Source: Promethearchaeia archaeon
Lineage (GTDB): Archaea > Asgardarchaeota > Lokiarchaeia > Sigyniarchaeales > SOKP01
Direction of reading: 5' to 3'
Length of the DNA: 44,583 nt
NCBI GenBank assembly: GCA_046483985.1
Contig: JAWOCD010000072.1
Location: forward strand, 1 to 44,583
Position 1 is the stretch's first letter; every line of letters starts with the position of its first letter. The notes below the pieces were generated by a model. The model was given only the letters and a program-made list of their open reading frames with translations, was not told where the DNA came from and ran no database searches. A program made the translations under genes and the position numbers. Positions 36,167-44,583 of the stretch are shown one piece after another.

Positions 36167-37960
36167 TTAGTTGATACTTTTTCTAAAATCAATGATATTA
36201 TTATAGAGTGTAACCAATTTTTTAGAGACTTTTTTCCATCGAAACCTTGTTTCAACCCGATTAATGCAATTCTCACGAATTTTGTTAAAATAATTCGTAT
36301 CCAATATCGCTTTTGACTGGATAACCTCATCGGGAATTGAATTAACTAAATTAACTGTGCCAGTTTGATAAATGGAAGGAGTATCTCCAGAAGACTCTGA
36401 GATTTGCGCCAACCGTAAAAATGTAATTAATGCTTTTACGGTTTGGTTCACACTATTTTTCTCGATTAGCATGCCCGTACCATTTTCTGGATCTTCCCTA
36501 ATATCAATAATTGATTCTTTCAGTCCACCAACTTTTGTTGCAATTATTGGTAATTTCATTGCCATTGCTTCTAACGCAATAATTCCAAAAGGTTCCCATC
36601 TTGATAAAGCACAATATATGTCTGCAGCAAGATGGGCCAAATGAAAAATCTCTGTGGCCAGCCCAAAAATAATTCTAAGATTCTCAGGATATTTTTTCAC
36701 ATATTCTGCATATTTTTTTATTTCTGTTATGCTATAATCTGTTGGTAAAAGTAGAAATAAAAATTTTGCTTTTGGAATTTTTTCACTTACCTCTGGGATT
36801 GCCTTCAGTAAGGTATCATAACCTTTTTGCCGAGAGATCCTCCCAGTTGTTATTATAAGCGGTCCTGAATTCGTAAATGATTTTATTTTTCCATTTTTGA
36901 CAAATGCATTTCCATTTGATATTTCATTTATGACATCTAATATCCGTCTGGATTTAATTAGCGGGCTCTCTGCTAAATTCCCAATTTTATATTCTAATAA
37001 ATACTTTTTAAGGGCTACGTGAGAAATTTTCTCCTCTTGATCAAGGTCTAATACGCTTCTAATCTCATCACTTAATTTAGTTATCACATTTTCTTTAATT
37101 TCTTGGTAATCCCAATCACATCCATTCCACACAAAATCAGTCTTAAATTCGATTCTTTTGTCCCCTAATGTAGGGATTATATCCGATTTTAAATATGATT
37201 CGCTTACTGTGATAACTAAGTCTGAGACAAAGGCTCCCACCATTTCTACGGTGGGGGGTTCATTTTTTTTCTTGAATTGTTTGCATTGCTCAAAAATTTC
37301 TTCAATATTTAGCAACTTTGTACTTTTTTCTCCGGTTCGAACTGAGATGGGAGTTTCATCAATTCCGCATGCAAAATAAAAGTCTAATTTAAATTTAGGA
37401 TGAGTAAGAAGATGGGTTGTTATGATTGAACCCACATCCAGTCCTTGTTTTTCTAATATCTGTTTTAAGCTTATAAAGGGAATAACTACGTGATAATCAT
37501 GAAGATGAATTATCTCTGGTAATTGAGGTCTAAGATGATCAGTTATATAAGTAATATAACAACGGATTGCAATACTATATAAACACATTTTAAGTTTAAA
37601 TGTGTCTGGATTATACACAATAGGATCATCTAAATATTTCTCTGAGAATTCGTTTTCTCCTGCAATAATAATAACGTTTACTCCGTCCATCTGTAATTTA
37701 TAAAAGCAAATGTAGTAACTACTTTCTGGCTCATTAAATCCGAGTTTAAAGGGATTTATTTGTCCCACGCAATTGAATGGAAGTTTTTCAACATCATACT
37801 GCTTTTGCAATCTCTCCAATTGTCCATGAGAAGGAATAAATACCGTAAAATCAAAAGTATCGGTAAGATTTCTGGACTGATTTGCTGGAACTTCTCCCAA
37901 ACCGCCAACTTTTGCCACACCCGCATATTCAAAACTGAAGATCCAAATTTTCTCCTTCAT
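36167..37960 (-). CDS. glgA: Glycogen synthase (GT5 family)
   Basis: FEYAGVAKVGGLGE (KxGGL), HLHDYH, TVS..Y, WNG.D, GRISRQKG.D, SRWEPFGIIALEAMA, VGGL.E. Confidence 0.85.
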   Translation of the reverse strand: MKEKIWIFSFEYAGVAKVGGLGEVPANQSRNLTDTFDFTVFIPSHGQLERLQKQYDVEKLPFNCVGQINPFKLGFNEPESSYYICFYKLQMDGVNVIIIAGENEFSEKYLDDPIVYNPDTFKLKMCLYSIAIRCYITYITDHLRPQLPEIIHLHDYHVVIPFISLKQILEKQGLDVGSIITTHLLTHPKFKLDFYFACGIDETPISVRTGEKSTKLLNIEEIFEQCKQFKKKNEPPTVEMVGAFVSDLVITVSESYLKSDIIPTLGDKRIEFKTDFVWNGCDWDYQEIKENVITKLSDEIRSVLDLDQEEKISHVALKKYLLEYKIGNLAESPLIKSRRILDVINEISNGNAFVKNGKIKSFTNSGPLIITTGRISRQKGYDTLLKAIPEVSEKIPKAKFLFLLLPTDYSITEIKKYAEYVKKYPENLRIIFGLATEIFHLAHLAADIYCALSRWEPFGIIALEAMAMKLPIIATKVGGLKESIIDIREDPENGTGMLIEKNSVNQTVKALITFLRLAQISESSGDTPSIYQTGTVNLVNSIPDEVIQSKAILDTNYFNKIRENCINRVETRFRWKKVSKKLVTLYNNIIDFRKSIN

Positions 37961-38253
37961 CTTAGATCCTTCGTGACTAGTTCAAGTATTCTCACATGGA
38001 AGAATTGTCCATTTCATTTAATATTACTTTATTCAAGACTATTTAAAATGTATTTAAACCACTTTTTAAGAAACTTCCGAAAAACCGAATACGTGTAATA
38101 GACAAAAAATGTGCATGGAGAGATTATAGCGAATAGGATATTATGGCGCTCAGAAAGAATTATTAACAAGATCTTTCATTATTTTTACCTAAATTGAAAA
38201 ATTTTTGTTATATCTCTTCTTAATTACAATAAAATTAAACAAATTGATGAATA

Positions 38254-38631
38254 ATGGTTGATAAAGAAGAAATTATTGTTGAAGGACAACCAAAAGCAGG
38301 TCCCTATTCATTAGCGATTAAAACGAGTGACCTTTTATTTGTTTCTGGGCAAGTCCCCTCACCAGACTCTGATGGTATTAAAGAACAAACATTAAGTGCT
38401 TTTGAAAATGTAAAGAATATCTTAGAAGCAGCTGGAGTGGGCGTGGAAAATATAGTAAAGGTCACTGTGTATCTTAGCGATAAAGGGGATTTCAGAAAGA
38501 TGAATCGTATGTATAAGAAATTTTTCGAAGATAATGGGGTAACAGAGAGTTTTCCCGCTAGGACTACAATAGAGGGTGATCCCCCAATCGCACGTTTCTT
38601 AATCGAGATAGATGTGATAGCTGCTCTCTAA
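38254..38631 (+). CDS. RidA/YjgF family enamine/imine deaminase
   Basis: GPYS, FVSGQVP, N...IL..AG, VKVTVYL.D..DF..MN..Y, PARTT, IEID.IA. Confidence 0.93.
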   Translation: MVDKEEIIVEGQPKAGPYSLAIKTSDLLFVSGQVPSPDSDGIKEQTLSAFENVKNILEAAGVGVENIVKVTVYLSDKGDFRKMNRMYKKFFEDNGVTESFPARTTIEGDPPIARFLIEIDVIAAL

Positions 38632-38797
38632 AGGGAAAGGCTTAATTAATTTTAATTTTTTTTATTTTTTATCATTCAACTCTTCTAACTCATTTGTATC
38701 GATATTCATTGGTTCTTTCTTTCCTCACCAATTCTTAGATATATATTATAAGGTTTCTTATGAAGATATAATAGAAAAATTTTAGATTAAGAATAAC

Positions 38798-40165
38798 ATG
38801 TGCGATACTATCGTTGCGCTCCCTAACGTTACAGAAGATAATTCTGTGATATTTGGTAAGAATTCAGACCGAGAGCCAAATGAGCCTCAAAATTTAATAT
38901 ATATTCCGGCCAAGAAGCATGACCCCGATTCGATGGTTAAATGCACCTATATTTCCGTTCCTCAGGTAGAAAAAACTTTTGCGGTTTTATTGAGTAAACC
39001 ATTTTGGATGTTTGGTTGCGAGATGGGTGCAAATTCTCAAGGGGTTACCATTGGGAACGAGGCAGTTTGGACAAAAGAAAATTATAGAAAAAAGGGTTTA
39101 TTAGGCATGGATTTGATGCGTTTAGCTTTAGAAAGAGCCCCATCAGCTCGGAAGGCTTTAGATATAATCATTGACTTGATCGATCGCTATGGACAAGGAG
39201 GAGCTTGTGGATACACCGATAAAAATCTATTTTATCATAATTCTTTTCTTATTGCAGATCCTACTGAAGCATGGGTACTGGAAACAGCAGATAAATATTG
39301 GATTGCAGAAAGGGTGAAAGATTTTCGGGCAATCTCGAATACGCTTACGATTGGAAAAGATTACGATTTAATTCATCCGGAGCTGATTAACCATACTATA
39401 GAAGAAGGATATTGTGATTCTGAGGATGACTTTCATTTTGCGAATTGTTTTATTCCAAAGTTTAGCATAAAACAAATTGGAGCTAAGGGTAAATCACGAA
39501 TTGACTGTACCACTCAGCAGTTGCAGAAAAAAATAGGAAAACTTACACCAAGAGATTTTATCTCGATACTTCGTAGCCACAATACGAAACCTTCTGAGGC
39601 AAACCAATGGACACCTGATAACGGTTCAATGAAAGATCCGTGCATGCATTATAAATCCTTTATTACCCCTTCTCAATCAACTGCTTCTCTGGTCAGTCAT
39701 TTAAAAAAAAATATGCAAGTGCATTGGGCAACGGGGACCTCTGCTCCTTGTACAAGTCTTTATAAACCTATCTTTTTACCGGTACTTGATTTAAATTTTA
39801 AACTAAAAAAAGCTAAAGAACATTATGATCCTCAAGCATTATGGTGGCGACATGAAAAGTTACATCGTTTAATTTTAATGGACTATCAGAAAAGGATAAA
39901 TGCCTATCGTCTCGAAAGAAATCAAATCGAATCAAGCTTTTTTCGAAAAGTTTATGGTCTTCTTTTGCATATTCCCCATTCTCCTTCTGGAGAAGATATT
40001 TCAGAGTTCAAGAAAATCACTACTGAGGCATTCCAAATATGTGAAAACAAAATAGATGAATGGATTAATGTAGTTCAAAATCTATCCATTGAATCTAAAC
40101 CGGGATATTTTTATCGAAGACGTTGGAAAAAGTTAAATGACGATGATAACCTTAACCTAAATTAA
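38798..40165 (+). CDS. C69 family (secernin-like) Ntn hydrolase
   Basis: MCDTIVAL, GKNSDR.PNE, P.WM.G.EMG.N..GV.IGNEA, LLGMDL.RLALER, YHNSFLIAD..EAWVLET. Confidence 0.92.
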   Translation: MCDTIVALPNVTEDNSVIFGKNSDREPNEPQNLIYIPAKKHDPDSMVKCTYISVPQVEKTFAVLLSKPFWMFGCEMGANSQGVTIGNEAVWTKENYRKKGLLGMDLMRLALERAPSARKALDIIIDLIDRYGQGGACGYTDKNLFYHNSFLIADPTEAWVLETADKYWIAERVKDFRAISNTLTIGKDYDLIHPELINHTIEEGYCDSEDDFHFANCFIPKFSIKQIGAKGKSRIDCTTQQLQKKIGKLTPRDFISILRSHNTKPSEANQWTPDNGSMKDPCMHYKSFITPSQSTASLVSHLKKNMQVHWATGTSAPCTSLYKPIFLPVLDLNFKLKKAKEHYDPQALWWRHEKLHRLILMDYQKRINAYRLERNQIESSFFRKVYGLLLHIPHSPSGEDISEFKKITTEAFQICENKIDEWINVVQNLSIESKPGYFYRRRWKKLNDDDNLNLN

Positions 40166-40221
40166 AAAGATTTCCTTTTTTATATAATACAAAGAAATTA
40201 AACTATATTTTTCTCAAAAGT

Positions 40222-41397
40222 ATGTGTGATACTCTTGTCGCATTGGGAAATTCTACTGAAGATGGTTCAGTTATCTTTGGAAAAAATAGTGATAGACCGA
40301 ATTCTGAGGCTCAATTAATTACCTATATTCCGCGAAAAAGGCACAAAGAAACAGAAGTAAAAACCACCTATATTTCAATCCCGCAAGTGAAAGAAACCGC
40401 AGCAGTCATCCTTTCTCAGCCATGGTGGATGTGGGGGGCAGAGATGGGGTGTTCAGATAATGGGGTGGTAATTGGGAACGAAGCTGTTTCCTCCTATGAA
40501 TCTGTAAGGTCTGAGGGGCTATTAGGGATGGATTTGTTAAGATTAGGTCTGGAACGAGCTAAGAATGCAAGACATGCGGTGGAAGTTATCTCGGAGTTAT
40601 TAGAGAAATATCATCAAGGGGGAGCCTGCGCTTATCAAGATGCCTCGTGGAAATATCATAATTCTTTCCTTATTGCAGATGCAAAAGAGGCTTGGGTCCT
40701 TGAAACAGCAGATGATTGGTGGGTTGCAGAACAAGTTAAAGATATACGTTCTATATCCAATGGACTTACCATCCGAGGAAAAGGGGAAATTCGCCGTGAG
40801 GGAATAATTCAATATGCAATCGAAGAAGGCTATTGTAAAGATGATGACGATTTTGATTTTGCCGTAACATTTTCCGGGGCTATTCCTTCAACCTCTCCTT
40901 ATACTCGGGGTGGTAAATCCAAGAGATTACTGAAAAAAAACAAAGGTGAAATTACTCCTAGAAAGATGATGAAGTTTCTCCAAGAACATGAAGCGGGAAT
41001 ATGTATGCATGGTAGTTTTGAATCCGTTGGGTCACAAGTGTCACACTTAATGGATGATATGTTCCAAATTAATTGGTTCACTGGGACAACGCTCCCTTGC
41101 CAGAGCATTTATAAACCCTACACATTTTCAATTGATGATCAGTATTATCTTGAACCAGGACCTTATGATGAAATAAATAAAGACTGGATTTGGGTTAAAC
41201 ATGCTCTTAAAGCTCGAAATGGGAACTTAGATACTACTAACAAAAACTCAAGTTTCCAAGATCAACTTTTAAACAAGATAAATAAGTTCATAGAGAAGAG
41301 AGAAACTTTATCGAATAAAGAATTCCGTGAAAAAGTTTGGACGTACAATAAAAAAGCATGGAAACACTCACGAGCTAGGATATTTGATGGGGATTAA
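40222..41397 (+). CDS. C69 family (secernin-like) Ntn hydrolase, tandem paralogue
   Basis: MCDTLVAL, GKNSDRP, WMWGAEMG, IGNEAV, LLGMDLLRLGLER, ICMH, PC.S.YKP. Confidence 0.92.
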   Translation: MCDTLVALGNSTEDGSVIFGKNSDRPNSEAQLITYIPRKRHKETEVKTTYISIPQVKETAAVILSQPWWMWGAEMGCSDNGVVIGNEAVSSYESVRSEGLLGMDLLRLGLERAKNARHAVEVISELLEKYHQGGACAYQDASWKYHNSFLIADAKEAWVLETADDWWVAEQVKDIRSISNGLTIRGKGEIRREGIIQYAIEEGYCKDDDDFDFAVTFSGAIPSTSPYTRGGKSKRLLKKNKGEITPRKMMKFLQEHEAGICMHGSFESVGSQVSHLMDDMFQINWFTGTTLPCQSIYKPYTFSIDDQYYLEPGPYDEINKDWIWVKHALKARNGNLDTTNKNSSFQDQLLNKINKFIEKRETLSNKEFREKVWTYNKKAWKHSRARIFDGD

Positions 41398-43121
41398 TGC
41401 TCTTTAGCGTCCCATTTTCCCTCAGCACGAGCTTTTTCAACATAGTCCGACACTTTTTCATTTAAAATTTTGTAATCTGTTTTATCGACCCTATTTAGAG
41501 GAATTTGCTCTAAAAAGATAATTAAGGAAGGACGTTTGTAACCCGCTAATTTTTTACAGTGTTGGTTAATTTCCTCTTTTGAGAGATTTTTATTTTTCCT
41601 TAATTCTACAAATGCAACAACTCCTTCCGAATAAACTTCATGTTTTGCTCCTACAACCGCTGCTGAGGAAACTTTGGGAATCTCCTCAATATGATTCTCT
41701 ACCTCCGGGGGATAAACCTGGTATCCCTTCGGTTTTATAACGAATTTTGCCCGACCAGCAAGATGTAATCCCTTTTCATTTTTATATCCCAAATCGCCGG
41801 TATAACAAATTCCCTCCTTTGATATTGTTTCTTGGGTTGCTTGTTCCTTACCGTAATATCCTTTAAATACTTGAGGACCGCTATAGCAAATCTCCCCGAT
41901 TTCTCCATCCGGTAATTCGTCTCCTGCTCTTCTATCCTCCTTCATAGGTTCCCTAATGGTAAGTGGGGTGATCGGGAAGTCATAACCCAAACTTGCCAAT
42001 ATATCCTCTGGGGGTCCTCCAAACGGAGTATAGGATACAAAACCGCTCATTTCTGTTAGTCCGAGCCCGCTTCCGATGTGGGGGGCCATGGTGGACAGGT
42101 TATCTAAGAATCTCCTGGAAACCCCTTGCCCCCCATATAATGCAAATCTTAAACTACTTAAATCATATGTATCATAATCTGGCAAACGCCATTCCATTAC
42201 AAATAAGCTGGGGATTTGCCCAAATGTTGTGACCTTATATTGTTCTATCGCTTTAAGTGTTTTATCTGCTTTAAAAGCGTGAAGTACCACGGATATCCCT
42301 CCAGCAAAAATTGTGGTCATTAACTGTTCGGTCTGACAACCAACGTGACTTGGTGGTAAATTCACCAACATTCGGTCATCAGAGGAGATTTTAAACCCTT
42401 TAGCCATACAGAAGTTTTGACAGACTATTCCCACGTTGGTAAGCATTGCGGGCTTCGGAAAACCGGTTGTCCCGGTGGTATAAATAATTAATATAGGGTC
42501 ATCTTCTTTTACATTCCGTGCATAATCTCTAATTATTTCCCTCTTCTTTTTAAATAATTGAGGATTCTGGGAATAAATATACCAATTTTCTTTTGCTTTT
42601 TTGAGAAAATTCATAAAACCTATGGTTCCTTTTTCTGCATCTTCTTGTAGACTAAATTGGATAAAATTTTCTATAGAGGGGCAATTCTCTTTTACGGCAT
42701 GAGCGATTTGCTTGAAATCATATCTTTTTTTTCTTCCCCATTTATCCTCAGAATCAGTATCATCTGGATGTAAATACATTTTAACATCCGGTTCTAAAAG
42801 CTTTACACAGCGAACGGTCTCCATTTCTTTAAGCCGGACATCCAAGGGACACCACATAATCCCTAATTTAAAACATGCAAATTCAAAAAATATATGTTCT
42901 AATAAGAGAGGAAGCATACTGACAATGATATCCCCCTTTTGAAAACCCATTTCAATTAGTCTCAACGCAATAATATCGATTGCATTATCAAATTCCTTCC
43001 AAGAGACATATTTTCCGGTATCTGCATCAATAATTGCAATATCATCTGGTCGTTCTTGAGCATATTTGGAAACATAATCGCAGATGTAATGGGGAAATTT
43101 ATTAAATTGTTCAATTGACAT
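41394..43121 (-). CDS. Class I adenylate-forming enzyme (acyl-CoA ligase-like)
   Basis: YTTGTTGFPK, GLGLTE, GEI...GPQVFKGYY, TGDLG, GR.K..I..KG..VYP.EVE. Confidence 0.9.
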   Translation of the reverse strand: MSIEQFNKFPHYICDYVSKYAQERPDDIAIIDADTGKYVSWKEFDNAIDIIALRLIEMGFQKGDIIVSMLPLLLEHIFFEFACFKLGIMWCPLDVRLKEMETVRCVKLLEPDVKMYLHPDDTDSEDKWGRKKRYDFKQIAHAVKENCPSIENFIQFSLQEDAEKGTIGFMNFLKKAKENWYIYSQNPQLFKKKREIIRDYARNVKEDDPILIIYTTGTTGFPKPAMLTNVGIVCQNFCMAKGFKISSDDRMLVNLPPSHVGCQTEQLMTTIFAGGISVVLHAFKADKTLKAIEQYKVTTFGQIPSLFVMEWRLPDYDTYDLSSLRFALYGGQGVSRRFLDNLSTMAPHIGSGLGLTEMSGFVSYTPFGGPPEDILASLGYDFPITPLTIREPMKEDRRAGDELPDGEIGEICYSGPQVFKGYYGKEQATQETISKEGICYTGDLGYKNEKGLHLAGRAKFVIKPKGYQVYPPEVENHIEEIPKVSSAAVVGAKHEVYSEGVVAFVELRKNKNLSKEEINQHCKKLAGYKRPSLIIFLEQIPLNRVDKTDYKILNEKVSDYVEKARAEGKWDAKEH

Positions 43122-43136
43122 TTTTCTTACCTTGAC

Positions 43137-44558
43137 CTAATAGTGACCTAACGTTAGTTTATTGTTAATTTCTTTAAAAAGCAGAAGCATTTCTTTCTTT
43201 ACATACTCTCCGCAAAGAGGTCCAAATGAAGCAATTGGCTCATATCCGCCTTGGTTAATATATTCGTCTTTGGGAAATAAATATGCAATCCAATCATTAC
43301 TATTTTGAAAGATAAAGGTATTTTTTTTGTGCGTTGGAGAGGATTTTAGAAAGAGATCTCCGATTTCCTCAAATAATTCCCCGGGAACAGCTATAATACT
43401 TAAATCTTTTATCTTGTCCTGACTTTTTGCTGTAATCTGAATACATTGAAGGACGGTATAACCGTTTATTTGACTTCCGCTTCCTTTAATTGCAAGAGCG
43501 GGGAAATTGGGATCTTTTTCATGGCACATCGCAGCGGGAAGGACTAAATATTTTTTCAACAAGAAAATAAGCTTATTAACGAACCACGTGCTCGAAAAAT
43601 ATTCGACATCATCCATAGGAATCCATATTGTTTTAAGATATGATTGAAATTCGAGTTGTTCATAATATTCGGAATCTTCAATAGATTTAGCGAGTGAGAA
43701 TGCCTTTTTCGCGATTGTGTATCCGATTTTTTTGGTATGCTTATAGGTTCCGAATTGTTGATATATGGGTGTTCTTTCCTTATCTAATTTTTCGTAATTT
43801 GTTCCGCAAGTTGTAATTGGGTTGAGATCTCCCGCCGGACCATTAAAAAATACTGACTTCACTTTTCCCCCCGATATCTCATCAATTTTTGCTATAATCC
43901 TTCCTGGATAATCTGCGGAGATTTTATTATTAATATAAGATAGAGTTGTAGGATGGCAAGCGTAATTTATAATGAATCCGAGTAATTTATTGTTATTTAT
44001 ACTTTTAAAACAAATGACTCCTAAATTGGTTTTTACATCTCGAAGTGGATGCCGTCGGTTAATGACTATATCGGGATTAAATTCTTCTTTTTTCCATGCG
44101 ATTTTACACGGATGGAGATTTTGAAAGAGTATTCCCACCAATTTCAAGACTTGCTTGGTCACCCACACGATATATTTATCATTCCTATTTGCACCAAACA
44201 TTATCCCCCGTACCACATTCAGTGCAGACCCGGGCCAATGGAACTCCCCCGTGATATCGGGTGCAGAATGGGTATGGGTTGCATGTATTAATATATGGCC
44301 GGGACCAAGCGAAAAGAAATGGTCTTTAATTTTTTCTTTGATATAGTCCGCCACCATTATCGGAATTTTCAATAGATCCAAGGAGATTAATAATAAATGT
44401 TTTTTCACATTTTTTAACGTAATATTTTCTATTAAAACTCCGTATGCATGAATATCATCTAACTTACCCAAACATGGATCTGGTCTGGAGTAGCCTGCCA
44501 AGGGTTGGTCGATAAACTCGTTAGGGGTTATTTTTATTTTTCCGAAAGCAACTTTCAT
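43137..44558 (-). CDS. Neutral/alkaline ceramidase-family amidohydrolase
   Basis: KITP...PLAGY, HATHTHSAP, NRR, NYACHPT, ISADYPG, NGPAGD.NP, PGELF, GGYE. Confidence 0.85.
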   Translation of the reverse strand: MKVAFGKIKITPNEFIDQPLAGYSRPDPCLGKLDDIHAYGVLIENITLKNVKKHLLLISLDLLKIPIMVADYIKEKIKDHFFSLGPGHILIHATHTHSAPDITGEFHWPGSALNVVRGIMFGANRNDKYIVWVTKQVLKLVGILFQNLHPCKIAWKKEEFNPDIVINRRHPLRDVKTNLGVICFKSINNNKLLGFIINYACHPTTLSYINNKISADYPGRIIAKIDEISGGKVKSVFFNGPAGDLNPITTCGTNYEKLDKERTPIYQQFGTYKHTKKIGYTIAKKAFSLAKSIEDSEYYEQLEFQSYLKTIWIPMDDVEYFSSTWFVNKLIFLLKKYLVLPAAMCHEKDPNFPALAIKGSGSQINGYTVLQCIQITAKSQDKIKDLSIIAVPGELFEEIGDLFLKSSPTHKKNTFIFQNSNDWIAYLFPKDEYINQGGYEPIASFGPLCGEYVKKEMLLLFKEINNKLTLGHY

Positions 44559-44583
44559 TATTTAACTATTTCCTCGTAACTAT

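Noticed and set aside
2471-44346. Many 60-131 aa ORFs inside or antisense to long genes
   Set aside because: Overlapped by well-supported CDSs and lack protein-like motifs.
1-44583. CRISPR array, tRNA/rRNA, transposase, integrase or defence island
   Set aside because: No regularly spaced repeats, cloverleafs or corresponding protein motifs seen.

Overview
AT-rich archaeal DNA, almost certainly Asgard archaea (Lokiarchaeia-like). H4MPT C1 genes (ftr, mtd, mch) and an FrhB-family protein occur together with eukaryotic-signature proteins: a Rag-like GTPase with a roadblock-type C-terminus, a Rab-like GTPase, a presenilin-like GxGD protease and two secernin-like C69 hydrolases. Bases 1-11.5 kb hold a cluster of four large acidic membrane-anchored extracellular proteins. 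One is a 1668-aa multi-LEA_2 protein with a very large nested insert. Another is an (alpha/alpha)6-barrel protein carrying a phage-structural-like insertion domain. A purine-salvage/RNA-turnover cluster (PfkB kinase, beta-CASP nuclease, Zn-ribbon-containing MTAP, APRT) contains a ~240-nt GC-enriched, highly self-complementary intergenic segment, the best candidate for an undescribed structured RNA. A 2+1 split membrane/left-handed-beta-helix pair resembles the three-unit C-terminal module of Pls-type poly-amino-acid synthetases. I added three CDS calls absent from or truncated in the ORF track: a partial minus-strand gene at 1-774, a 58-aa gene at 23588-23764, and a wHTH gene apparently starting at ATT 26880. 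The first ~120 bp look foreign (56% GC). No tRNA, rRNA, CRISPR array or transposase was recognised. All family calls come from motif reading by eye, with no database search.
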